64,000 nt of DNA from Octopus vulgaris (GCA_951406725.2 OX597827.1:41478001-41542000), one strand, 5' to 3'; shown: positions 1 to 13,013, counted from the first letter of the stretch. Made by a program: numbers and translations. Notes: generated by a model not told the origin, from the letters alone.

Positions 1-91
1 TGAAAAGATGGCGACAGATTTCAAGAGAGTAAGATATGCACGTCTGTTGCTGCGGGTGCATCATATATTATCTTAAAGGAAACGGAGCGAA

Positions 92-862
92 ATACATACA
101 TATATGTATATACACACTCATATATTCACACACACACGCATACACACATGCATATGCACATATACACACACACGCACATACATACATACATACATTCATA
201 CACACATACATACATACATACATACATTCATACATACATACATACATACATACATACATACATACATACATACGTACATTCATACATACATACATACATA
301 CATACATACATACATTCATACATACATACACACATACATACATACGTACGTACGTACATACATACATACATACATTCATACATGCATACATACATACATA
401 CACACACACATACATACATACATACATACATACATACATACATACATACATACACACATACATACATACATACATACATACATACATACATACATACATA
501 CATACATACATTCATACATACATACATACATACATACATACATACATACATACATACATACATACATACATACATACATACATACATACATACATACATA
601 CATACATACATACGTACGTACGTACGTACATGCATACATACATACATACATACATACATTCATGCATACATACATACATACACACATACATACATACATA
701 TATACATACATATATATATATATATACATACATACATACATATATACATACATACATACATACATACACACACATACATACATACATACATACATACATA
801 CATACATACATACATACATACATACATACATACATACATACATACATACATACATACATACA

Positions 863-896
<34 letters not shown>

Positions 897-904
897 CATA
901 CATA
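92..904. repeat. (TACA)n microsatellite, ~800 bp
   Basis: Directly visible tetranucleotide tract; it explains all the YIHT/MYVC ORFs here. Confidence 0.97.
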
Positions 905-996
905 CTTATATACGATGATGGCTAAAGCCAGACACTTTCCTTTACAATCCTCTTACCAAGAAGGTGGCTGGTCAAACTTTTCTCTTTTCTACTCAA

Positions 997-1160
997 GGCA
1001 TAAGGCCCGAAATTTTTGGGGAGAGAGTCAGTTGATTAGATCGACTCCAGTATGTAACTGGTACTTAATTTATCGACCCCGAAAGGATGGAAGGCAAAGT
1101 CCACCTTGGAGGAATTTGAACTCAGAACGTGCCGGTAAGCATTTCGTCCAGCTCGCCGCC
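997..1160 (-). mobile_element. tRNA-derived SINE family A (tail type 1), internally deleted
   Basis: Reverse complement of the GGCGGCGAGCTGG head, B-box-like GAGTTCAAATTCC and GCCTTCCATCCTTTCGGGGTCGATAAATTAAGTACCAG body shared with ~10 other copies in the window. Confidence 0.85.
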
Positions 1161-1460
1161 CTGGTCAAACTGTAGTCTAAATTGTTGAGAGAAATAGATG
1201 AACATACATACATACATACATAAATACATACATACATATATACATACATATATACATACATACATATAAACATACATACATACAGACACGTACACATATA
1301 TATGATATTTGTGTATATATGGCAGTATGTATATAGATATATATGTGCACACACACATACACACCCGCAAACATACACACACATACACAAACACACACAC
1401 ACATACACATATGCGTAGTGCATGCTACAATTTGATGCAAGTAACTTGGCTTAATATCCT

Positions 1461-1663
1461 AAAGGCACAAGAACTGAAATTTTGGGGAGGGGACTTGTCG
1501 ATTACATAGACCCCCAGTGTTTCACTGGTACCTAATTTATCGACCCCGAAAGGATGAAAGGCAAATTCGACCTCGGCGGAATTTGAACTCCGAACGTAGC
1601 GGCAGACGAAACACCTCTAAGCATTTCGCCCGGCGTGCTAACGAATTTGCCAGCTCGCCGCCT
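1461..1663 (-). mobile_element. SINE family A, near full length (tail type 1)
   Basis: Full head and body; imperfect target-site duplication aacttggcttaatatc (1443) / aacgtgtcttaatatc (1665). Confidence 0.9.
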
Positions 1664-2241
1664 TAACGTGTCTTAATATCAGCATTCGTACGGAAAGGCC
1701 AGCAAAGGAAAGGATAGAACTATAATATGAAAATATTAGATATCGGGAAATAGAGCTCAATCAAAGTTGCAAAGGCAAGAAAGCATATCAATCTCGGTTC
1801 AAATATCAAACAAAACTCAGATGACAGCTGTCTTCCTTCTCATTTTGTGAGCAGGAGCACTCAAACCTCGCTTGTCCAGCCTTCTTTGCCAAAAAGATGA
1901 ACGTAAGCCGGCTTAGTGGGATGCAGAGAATCTGAAGGACGCCTGTGAGGGATTTTGCTTGGTGCGGAGAAGTAATAACACATCAGTCTCTTTACAAACT
2001 TGACAATTACGTACCATAGTCCAATAGCGGAGAGTCGATGGCAACTGGAGCTAGCAAGCGTTTACTGTCATCATCCATCATCACAGTTATTGAAATTATG
2101 TGACTCCAAAATACGCACACACATCCATATCCATTTGCGCACACACACACACACACACACAGTGGCACACACACATACGTATATATACATACACACATGC
2201 ACATATATTTATATTTATTTATATAAATGTATATGCTACAT

Positions 2242-2292
<51 letters not shown>

Positions 2293-2537
2293 TATAAGTC
2301 AGTAAATGGTGGGGTTATGTAAATTTATATAAATAAGGATAAGATCGTTAATTTAAATATCGATCTTATCAAGTGGCCAGTATGGGAATAAAAACCTTCA
2401 AAGGTAATAATTATTATTAAAATTATAATTAAGGGTCTCTAAGAGATACCACCACGCTGGAAATAGCAGCCAAAACCTGACTCTAAAACAACATTAAATG
2501 TTCATACATTGTATGCTGTATGCTGCATTGTATGCAG

Positions 2538-3142
2538 ACCAATGGTTTCTGAGATATTTCCCTTCATCGGCACAGGATAACCGTTGGATAGAGATGGCAG
2601 TACTTGGCCTTGTATATACTTTTAAAGTGACACATAGTCACTGGAAAAGATGTTTTCCTGGGGCAAAAAAAAAAAAAGATAGTAACACCGTCCTAATCAG
2701 GATTGCCACCTCACGTTGGCAAATAGACTTTACTCTGTTACAACTTATTTCTCGCTCAGATGTTTAAAACTAATTGTTTTTCTCCTTACGAAATCAGTGA
2801 CTGTGTGTCACTTTAAAAGTATATACCTCGAACAAGGCTTAGTACTGCCATCTCTAGCCAACGGTTATCCTGTGCAGATAAAGAGAAATAACCCAGAAGC
2901 CATTGGTTCGCAGGTAACGTTTACGGCTGAGTGAGGACATTAGCTTCTCTGATCGAGGTATAAGGACGCAGTTGTGTGTTGATAGCCAGCTGGAAAACAT
3001 GTTTACCAGGGGCTAAAAAAATGGTAGTGACACTGTCTTAATCAGAACTGCCGCTTTACGTTGGCAAATAGACTTTAATCTGTAGTACTGTTACTACTTA
3101 TTTCTTGCTCAGAGATTTAAAACTAATTGTGTTTCTCCTTTA
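2538..3142. repeat. Local rearrangement: ~105-bp inverted repeat plus ~150-bp direct duplication
   Basis: 2538-2643 is the diverged reverse complement of 2795-2907; 2641-2788 is duplicated at 2990-3142. Confidence 0.9.
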
Positions 3143-3789
3143 CACAAACACACACTTTTGCATATATGATTTGTTAAACATAATATATGTATTTATGTGC
3201 TACAATTAGTTTCACGTGCTGAGACCATGCCAAACAGTGTTTTTAACACGTTTGGTGTCCTAGCACAATCATCAGACACTGCCAGATTGAGATAACGAAT
3301 TGGACGATAGGCTTCATCCTATCGTCTCGTTTTTAGTTCGTTACGCCATGATTCACACACACACGAATTAAAAAGATTTATATATATATATATAAAACAT
3401 ACATACATACATATATATATATATATACACATGTGATATATATCTATGTAATATAATATCATATAAGGTAATACATACATACATGATGGCTTGTGTCTTC
3501 CTTTATTCCGGCGAAAGCCCTTTACTTTGCTAACGCCAACCTGACATGTCATTTGGCAGAGACCTTAAAAACAGAATTATGTATGAGCACATCAACACCC
3601 AGTAGCGTATTCCGATGTATAACACAATTTCTTAAAACAACTGCTAATATGCAAATCTAATATGCGTAACGCAGTCTTTTGCCATGAACATACGACAGTC
3701 AGATACTTTCCTGATCTGATGACTGCATTGGTGACAAGCGAGTTCAGCTTCGGAAGGATGTTTGCGGCTATATTGTAGAACAGGCTTAC

Positions 3790-3824
3790 CTCATCCGCTT
3801 CACTAATTGAGCGTTTTTGTGTGC
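3790..3824 (-). other. Candidate 35-bp micro-exon (xTQKRSISEADE)
   Basis: Minus strand reads ttttttttttttag|GCACACAAAAACGCTCAATTAGTGAAGCGGATGAG|gtaagc, with strong acceptor and donor in unique sequence; no independent support. Confidence 0.35.
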
Positions 3825-4018
3825 CTAAAAAAAAAAAATTCCACATTGTCTGTTGTTCGTTTCAAGTCGGAAATCTCATCTAGTAAAGAAATGTTTTTGA
3901 TTGACACCAACTGAGAAAGCGGCTTAAGAATGGTGTGGATACACACACACACATGCATACATTTCTGCATACATATCTGGATATTCAATATTTTCAGTGG
4001 TAGATTGTGGGGTGTCTA

Positions 4019-4052
4019 CGAGTGTGTATATGTGTGTGTGCGCGCATATATG

Positions 4053-4097
<45 letters not shown>

Positions 4098-4127
4098 ATC
4101 TATATATGTACATCTTAATCTATATCG

Positions 4128-4183
<56 letters not shown>

Positions 4184-4444
4184 ATTCAACAGTCATTCCC
4201 GTTCTCCCCCACACTCTCTCTCCTTACACACACATAGACACACACACGCACACACATACACACATGCGCACACATACACACACACAATTATATATGTATA
4301 TGTTTATATATAGTTCTGTATACATACATATATATATATATATATTCACATATATACATGCATACATATACATATACACACTTACATGCATATATATATA
4401 TATATATATATATGCATGCATACATATACATATACACACTTACA

Positions 4445-4480
<36 letters not shown>

Positions 4481-4561
4481 TACATACATATGTATATATA
4501 TGTGTGTATATATATGTATACACACACACACACACATACATACACACGCACACACACACAC

Positions 4562-4619
<58 letters not shown>

Positions 4620-4798
4620 GTATGTATGTTTATGGAGTGTTGCATAAAGAGCTCCTCAATGAAAGCGAAGCTCTATGGAAGCTATATAGTTAAGTAATTG
4701 CATTTCAGGTTCTTTTTTGTCAATAGCTATGTTAAGCTATATCACAGTCAGGTGTTTCCTTTCGCGCTCACCACCCTCCTCTCTACTTTACATACAGC

Positions 4799-4857
<59 letters not shown>

Positions 4858-4878
4858 CAGCAGCAGCAGTAGTAGTAA

Positions 4879-4959
<81 letters not shown>

Positions 4960-4960
4960 C

Positions 4961-5018
<58 letters not shown>

Positions 5019-5270
5019 ACAGTAGTAGTAGTAACAGTAGTAGTAGTAGTAGTAGTAGCTGTAATAGTAGTTGTAGTTATAGTAGAAGTAGTAAATGTTG
5101 TTTTTGTTGTTGCCGTTGTCGTCGTTGTCTTTGTTGTTGTTGTTGTCCTCCTCCTCCGCCGCCTCCTCCTCCTCCTCCTCCTCCTCCTCCTCTTCTTCTT
5201 CTTCTTCTTCTTCTTCTTCTTCTTCTTCTTCTTCTTCTTCTTCTTCTTCTTCTTCTTCTTCTTCTTCTTC
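4019..5270. repeat. Compound microsatellites (TG, TATC, CA, TA, then TAG, GTT, CCT, CTT)
   Basis: Directly visible simple repeats. Confidence 0.95.
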
Positions 5271-5530
5271 ATAAATATTTATTTGCTTTTGTTTGCGTCT
5301 TCTTTTTTTTGGCAATCACCGAGAAAGGCTGAATTTGCCAGATAACAAAGTACACGGCTATTATCATTATTATTACAAGAAAACCTTGTAATTTATTAAT
5401 GCTTAGAGTTGATAGCCGATGAAGCATGCAAGATACTATCAGATACAACACCGCCCAGAAGGCGGTTCTCCGCTAGTCATTATACGGAATATATATAGAT
5501 ATATATATAGACATGAATATGTATATATGG

Positions 5531-5618
<88 letters not shown>

Positions 5619-5655
5619 GAATATGTATATATAGATATGAATGTGTATATGTATT

Positions 5656-5687
<32 letters not shown>

Positions 5688-5878
5688 CATACATACATAT
5701 ATATGCATATGTGCATATACATACGCACATGCATTTAAATATACATATATATGAATATATATATATGTTAATATAGATATACATGCATGCATACATATAT
5801 ACATACACACACATATGTATATATCTGCATCTTTATCCATCTCTCTGTCTCACTCTGTAAATATATATATATATATAC

Positions 5879-5920
<42 letters not shown>

Positions 5921-6428
5921 CGCCACTAGCAACACCACCACCGTCTCTGCATTTCCGAGACGTTAGGTAACTGAGTGACATTTATAAGTCCTTCCCGTGA
6001 ATCGAGCGCGGTGCATGTCTTGTTTAACCCACGTCTGCCACTGGTACTCATTGTGAGTAGAGGAGGCTGAAGTGGACTGTTGCCATAGAGCAAGAGCCCT
6101 GCTGTGGAGCATGACTGCTACCAGGCCCGAGAATCGAACCCGCGAGCCCAACCACTAGTTCACGAACCTTCACCTAGGTGCGTGTCGTCATTAATTACTC
6201 AGGATAGGCAGTTGGTGACCTTTATGTAGTAAAACACACAAAAAATAAGCGAAACACAGGTGCACGGCTGAGTTGAAGGCAGATTTACTTCTGCCTTTAT
6301 AGCATGTAAAGAAAACGGTGTTGTAGGAGTGTACGCAGCACATGTACTACAGCATTATTATGCGTAGCTTAAATACTAAGATTGAAAAGCAGGGGTGAAT
6401 TATGCCTACCTAATCTAGAAAGAGTGTA

Positions 6429-6733
6429 GAGTCACATGACCAAGTGGTTAGAGCAGCGGAATCGCGGTCGAGGGATCGCATGTTCGAATCTGAGACCGGG
6501 CGATGTGTGTTTATGAGCGACATCCCTAAGCTCCACGCAGCTTCGGCAGAAGTTAATGGTGAACTTCTGCTGACTCTTTTGCTACAACTTTCTCTCATTT
6601 TTTCCTCCTGCATCGAGTAGATCACATGTAACGAACCGGCGTCCCGTCCAGGTGGGGAAACTATACGCCAATGAAACCGGGGAACTGGCCCTTATGAGCC
6701 AGGTATGGCTCGAGAAGGAACCAACAACAACAA
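6429..6733 (+). mobile_element. tRNA(Arg)-like headed SINE family C with (CAA)n tail
   Basis: A-box-like TGACCAAGTGG, TCG-containing loop, B-box GTTCGAATCT, GGCGTCCCGTCCAGG motif and CAA tail; sister copy at 36205. Confidence 0.85.
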
Positions 6734-6979
6734 TCTACAAAAAATAAAATATAATAAAACATTTTGCATTTTATGCATGGTAATCGGACTAACCTTCATA
6801 ATTTTACCGAATTAGGTGCATATTTTGCCACGAGAGAAAATGTAGCTATCGATCTATTTTATTCAAGGTAGGCACGTCCCTGTCTTCAGCGTGTATGCAA
6901 TACAAGGATACTAATCTTGAATGGATTCAAGCACTCAAACTGTTTTACATTAAAAGAAAAAAAATGTAATTATTTCTTA

Positions 6980-7241
6980 CATTATTTACATTTGACGGAT
7001 ATTTGCCCCCATCTTGTTTGTTGTTAACACAATATTTCGGCAGATATATCTTCCAGCCTTCATCAGGTGACTTCGGGAAATTTCGAACCTGGATTTTCAT
7101 TCCTAAGGTATTTTTCAATGTTATTATTATTACTATTATTCAGATCACTGCCTGGAATCGAAGTCGGAATCTTGGGGTTAGTAGCCCGCACTGTTAACCA
7201 CTACGCCATATGCCCACGGGCATATGGCGTATAGAACTGTA
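6980..7241 (-). mobile_element. SINE family D: tRNA head + (AAT)n + hammerhead-ribozyme tail
   Basis: Reverse complement of the 58708-59048 element. HHR motif at 7026-7071 (gtcac CTGATGA a ggctg..ctgcc GAAA tatt gtgtt); 14-bp hairpin at the head (7202-7231). Confidence 0.85.
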
Positions 7242-7242
7242 A

Positions 7243-7937
7243 TCTATTATATAAAATCCGTTCTGTCTGTCTGTGTGTGTGTCTTCTAGGATCTCGGGCA
7301 TCCTCCATCTGATTGCGCTCAAATTTGATATGTAGATACCGACGGTATCAGTGCGTGTATCAGTCTTGAAAAAATTACAGAAATCGATTCTAGGTGAGAA
7401 TGCGATCGATAAAGCCGTGGGAACATGCATTTGTACGCGCAAGTACATCAGCTGTTGCGATCAATACTACGCGTACGTGAGAAAAATGCACGTGCAGTTT
7501 GCGCCATAAAATCATCATGCTTTTCCATCTAGATTTACCTCTAGCTAACCCATTTGCATGCATCGTTTTTGCCCTGCTTCCGTCAACCTGTACATAGCTG
7601 CACCTTCTATTTTTTGTTGTTTTTGTACTGCTTAAAGCCACATTTCTTTCCTGCCAAGCTTACTGTTTAAACCATGTTTGTGTTTTCTCAGTCAACAGCT
7701 TCATCATTACTGGTACTTTAAACTCTTCGGTTGCATATTTGTATGGATAAAATCGTTTTACTTTGGAATAGAAAAAAAGTCTATCTTATTACTTCTTTTG
7801 ATGGTGTCTCAAATTTAGGTTAAATCAGTGTTTCTCAAAGGGGAGGCCTATGGGACGATCGCACAAGTTTTGAGAAAATTTGGTTTAAATGTTTGACAAC
7901 ACAGCACCGTCTATTGGACGGGGGGCGTTTTGCTCGT
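7243..7937 (+). mobile_element. Non-autonomous Helitron-like element
   Basis: 5' a|TCTATTATATAAAA, GTCT/GT microsatellite near the 5' end, 3' hairpin CCGTC-tattg-GACGG followed by CTCG|t; second copy at 44224-44790. Confidence 0.75.
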
Positions 7938-8006
7938 CATTTCTATTTCGAAAAGAAGAATATGAAATATTATGTGAAGTGTTATTATAGTGAGCTAAAT
8001 AACATT

Positions 8007-8215
8007 GAGCTGGCAGAATCGTTAGCACGTCGGGTAAAATTGCTTGGCGGCATTTCGCCCGTCTCTACGCGCTGAGTTCAAATCCCGCCGGGTTCGTTTT
8101 TGCTTTTCATCCTTTTGGTGCTGATAAAATAAACACCAGTTGAGCACTGAGGTCGATGTAATCGACATTGCCTCTTTCCCGAAACTTATGGCCTTGCAGC
8201 AAAATTTGAAATCCA
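8007..8215 (+). mobile_element. SINE family A (tail type 1)
   Basis: GAGCTGGCAGAATCGTTAGCACG head, GAGTTCAAATCCC B box and family A body. Confidence 0.85.
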
Positions 8216-9109
8216 TTATTATAATGATGTATTGCAAAAGGCAATTGATGCGCAAAATGTATAAGAGGCCGTATGAATGACAGGTAAAAAGAAAAAAGAA
8301 TTGCAAATAGAAAGAAAGAAAAAAAAAATGAAAAGGCATTTTGCTTCAAGGATTTCCAGTTCGAAGACATTAATCTCGATTTAGAATAAAAGCAAAAAAA
8401 AAAAAAAAAAAAACCCCAAACCTCTAAATTAGTTTTTGCTTCATTTAAAGTTCTTGTTAGATACATTTTGCTTGGCACTATATAATGACCTTGACATTGA
8501 TTGCTAGCGATAAGAAAAAGATAGAAACGTTTGGATAAAGTTAATTATTATCCTATTCAAAGCACCAAAATGACATTGCAAAAAGAAAAAAAATACATTG
8601 GAGACACAAGCACTTTTGTAATGGTTGCAAAACGAGAATTCATACAACTTTATACTGCGCCGAACCGGAAATTGTGTTTCTTTTTTTTTTTGTTTTCGTT
8701 CTGGAAGCCACATACAACCAGCACCAAGTGCAATGGTTGAAACACGGAAAGTTGTTAATTCAATGCGTGTTACGATTAAAATCGGGAGAACTGTGTCTTC
8801 ACGTGACGTTATGAAATTTTGCTAAGGAGCAACGAAGGAACAATGGAAAAGCACAATTGTAAAAAAAAAAAAAAAATAAAAAAAATAAAAAATCAAAAAA
8901 GTCACACCTGTTTAGGGATTCCTTTATATTATTAGCATGTTGAATTGGTTACGAAATTCCTTCAAGTTCCTTCGAGGTAATTTGCTTTTCTTGGCATTCG
9001 ACAATATTACCAACGACCTGATTGGTAATACTATGTTTCTTTTTACTACAGAATCAAAAATTAAGATGAGTTAGAAGAAAAATACGTATCTTGCGCGCGC
9101 GCGTGTATG

Positions 9110-9745
9110 TGTGCGTATGTGTGTGTGTCTGTATTCGTCACCATCACAGCTTGACAACCGGTGTTGGTGTGTTTATACATCAAGCCGTAACTTAGCGGTT
9201 CGGCAAAAAGTGCCCGATAGAATAAGTGCCAGGCTTAAAAGAAAAAAAAAAAAAAGCACTGAGGTCGATTCATTCGACTAAAATTCTTCGAGGTAGTGCC
9301 CCAGCATGGCCGCAGACTGAAACAAGTAAAAGATTTCAAAAAATCGCGAACGGGTGGCTATAAGCGAACGAATGGATATATGGCGCAGGAGTGGCTGTGT
9401 GGTAAGTAGCTTGCTTACCAACCACATGGTTCTGGGCTCAGTCCCACTGAATGGCACATTGAGCAAGTATCTTCTACTATAGCCTCGGGCAGACCAAAGC
9501 CATGTGAGTGGATTTGGTAGATGGAAACTGAAAGAAGCCCTCCGTAAACATATATATATATATATATATGTATACGTGTGTGTGTGTGTGTGTGTCTCCC
9601 CACACAACCGATAAGGAGACCGATAGAATAAGTACCAGGCTTACAAAGAATAAGTCCTGGGGTCGATTTGCTCGACCAAAAGAGGTGCTCCAGCATGGCT
9701 GCAGTCAAATGACTGAAGCAGGTAAAAAAAAAAAGAGTAAAAAAG
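9110..9745 (+). mobile_element. SINE family B: 3' half (9110-9335) followed by a second copy (9382-9745)
   Basis: GGCGCAGGAGTGGCTGTGTGGTAAG head, CORE-like TTGAGCAAGTATCTT, internal TA/TG tract, ...GACTGAAACAAGTAAAAG tail. Confidence 0.88.
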
Positions 9746-10354
9746 TACGACCTTTATATCTAGAGCAAATCTTTGGCTCGGACCCTTTACAGTTTATGTT
9801 ATCATCGAAGAATCATTCCTGACACCTCACCCCCATTCTCACACTCATACGCCAGTTTCTTCTTGTGCTGAACCTTACAAATTTTTTTTCTATACAGCCA
9901 ACCTTAATTTTCATCTGATTTTTTGTTCATCACATTGTATAATGTATTTCGAAAAAGCAGTGTACAGTACCCCTCACAAAGGTTATTAACCCATTAACTG
10001 CCAACTTTTTTTATTCATATTTTTTGGCTTTGCCAGGTGCCTTAGGAGTTAAAATGATATATAGTCTTTAAATTTTCTTCATATGTGAATTATTTTGGAA
10101 ATTATGATAAATTTTTTGACAAGTCCCAAATGGGGATCGCTGAAAAACAACATATTTATCTTTTTCTATTCAATTGCAAGAATAAACATTTTAGTTTTTT
10201 TGAAACTATTTGATACTATAGTATCAAATGCGAATGTGTATGAAATATTCTTTCTATAAAGTTGTGTTGATTTGTGTGTATGTGTACACGTGTCAACTAA
10301 CGACTACTTTGAAACGAATTCCACCAACATAAGGAAACCGGCAACATATCAAAC

Positions 10355-10948
10355 ATCCAGCCAACCAGCCGACCGACTGACCGTCCGTCCGATCGACCGA
10401 CCGACCGACCGTCAGATCGACCAACCAACCGACTGACCGACCGACCGACCGAAAGATCGACCAATCAACCAACCGACCGACCGACCGACCTACCGACCGA
10501 CCGACAGACCGACCAACCGACCGACCGACCGACCGACCGACCGACCGACCGACCGACCTACCGACCGACCGACCGACCGAAAGATCGACCAATCAACCAA
10601 CCGACCGACCGACCGTCAGATCGACCAACCAACCGACCGACCGACCGACCGACCGACCGACCAACCAACCGACCGACCGACCGACCTACCGACCGACCGA
10701 CAGACCGACCAACCGACCGACCGACCTACCGACCGACCGACAGACCGACCGACCGACCGACCGACCGACCGACCGACCGACCGACCGACCGACCGACCGA
10801 CCGACCGACTGAGAAACCAATCAATCAGCATAAGGGTCAGCGCGAACAGCATCCCATCCATCCATCCATCCATCCATCCATCCATCCATCCATCCATCCA
10901 TCCATCCATCCATCCATCCATCCATCCATCCATCCATCCATCCATCCA
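10355..10948. repeat. (GACC)n microsatellite followed by (CATC)n
   Basis: Directly visible; ~450 bp of CCGA units, then ~95 bp of CATC. Confidence 0.95.
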
Positions 10949-11109
10949 TTCAACCAGATCTCCAGCCAATTAGCCTGCAAGTAAGCAAACAGCCAAGCAA
11001 GCAATCTGCTAATCAACCAACAAACCAACTAACAACCAATAAAAACAAACACAAGAAACCCCAATAAAACTACCATGATGTCACCTATTTATTTATTTAT
11101 TTATTTATT

Positions 11110-11318
11110 TTATCTTTTACTTGTTTCAGTCATTAGGCCGCGGCCATACTGGGGCACGACCGTGGAAAATTTTAATGGACAAAATCGACTCCATACTTAT
11201 CATTTCATGCCTGGCACCCATTCTATCGGTTTCTTTTGCTGAATCACTAAGTTACGTGGAGGTAACTTGTCAAGTGGTGGCAGACACGAAAACACACACA
11301 CACACACATATACATACG

Positions 11319-11385
<67 letters not shown>

Positions 11386-11556
11386 TAAATAAATAACAAA
11401 GTCAGACAAACGGCCCCAGTGCGTAACTGGTACTTATTTAATCGACCTCGAAAAGATGAAAAGATGAAAGGCAATTTGAACTCAGAACGTAGCGGCGGAC
11501 GAAATACCACAGAGCATTTCGCCCGGTGTACTAACGTCTCTGCCAGCTTGCCACCT
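11110..11556 (-). mobile_element. SINE B 3' half plus adjacent SINE A fragment (11413-11556)
   Basis: Matches the reverse complements of the family B tail and the family A head/body. Confidence 0.8.
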
Positions 11557-12464
11557 TCTTACTACACAACAACGCCTGCGCCTCGATATTAAAAAAAAAC
11601 AACAAAAAAAACCTACGCAAGTATGCAGAAGCTATACCTGGGAACTAAAATACAGGCTGACATCGTAAATATTGCATTAGAACGAAAGATTTCCGCACGT
11701 GTGAAGGTAATTTATAAAAATCGATAAAGCTCTCCCTCAGCATGTTTCAATTTTCTTTTTAATCAATTTAAGCTTCACGGTTCTCCCCCTTGCCTTCGTT
11801 GACAAAAATTGTCATTAAGACTAATGACTTTTTTTCTTATTACTCATTACGTATATAATTTCGATTGATTTAAAACATTTATTTTTGGCTACATTAAGTG
11901 AATACTGAGCCTGTATGTATTAAACACTGCATTTCACTTCTAATATCAAAGTAGTTTGGAATCAAACTGAGCAAGGCTTTAAATTTAACAGTCATATGAC
12001 ACCCTTGCAAGGAAGAAGGAAAGAGAGAAAAAGAAAGAAAGAACGAAAGAAAGAAAGAACGAAAAGCACAACAATAGAAATAAACAAAAAAAAAAACAAA
12101 ACAAGCAAGCAACGGAAAATATCATCTCACGTGAATGCGTACAGCGATAAAAGGTCACGTAAACTTTTAGCTCGTTCAGGGAACACGAGAAAAGAAAGCG
12201 ACACGACGACGACAACAACAACAGCTGCAGCAATAAGATATTGGAATCCTAGAGCAAATAAATATATGGTTTGTATTAGAATCAGGCGACTTTTTTTTTT
12301 TTGGTAATATAAAGATTCTTCAATGTCTCCCCCACACTCCCCCTCTCTCCCCTCTCCCCCTTCCCCTCTTTCTCCCCCTATTCCCTCTCCCTCTCCTCCT
12401 CTCTATCTTTCTGTCTGTCTGTCTGGCAGACTATCTGTCTGACTGAGTCTGTCTGCACACACAT

Positions 12465-12518
<54 letters not shown>

Positions 12519-12576
12519 ACACACACATACACATACACACAGACACAGACACACACATGCACACACATGTATGTAT

Positions 12577-12786
12577 ACTCTTTTATTCTTTTACTTGTTT
12601 CAGTCATTTGACTGCGGCCATGCTGGAGCACCGCCTTTAGTCGAGCAAGTCGCCCCCAGGACTTATTCTTTGTTAGCCTAGTACCTATTCTATCGGTTCC
12701 CTTTTGCCGAACCGCTAAGTTACGGGGACGTCAACACACCAGCATCGGTTGTCAAACGATGTTGGGAGGGGACGAACACAGACACA

Positions 12787-12842
<56 letters not shown>

Positions 12843-13013
12843 CATATATACGACGGGCTTCTTTCAGTTTCAGTCTACCAAATCCACTTACAAGTCTTTG
12901 GTCGGCCCGAGGCTATAGTGGAAGGCATTTGCCCAAGGTGCCACGCAGTGGGACTGAACCCGGTACCATGTGGTTGGTAAGCAAGCTACTTACCACACAG
13001 CCACTCCTGCGCC
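12577..13013 (-). mobile_element. SINE family B, full length
   Basis: Complete reverse-complement copy with internal CA/TA microsatellite. Confidence 0.92.

Noticed and set aside
36-1175. 379-aa ORF and the many similar YIHT/MYVC/IYLS/HTHT ORFs across the window
   Set aside because: They are translations of stop-free microsatellites, open in several frames at once, with no domain content.
3715-3760. CTGATGA words here and at ~40029 as possible HHRs
   Set aside because: No properly placed GAAA or paired stem II follows.
9986-10260. TTAA-CCC piggyBac-like end
   Set aside because: No matching second terminus or coding remnant found.
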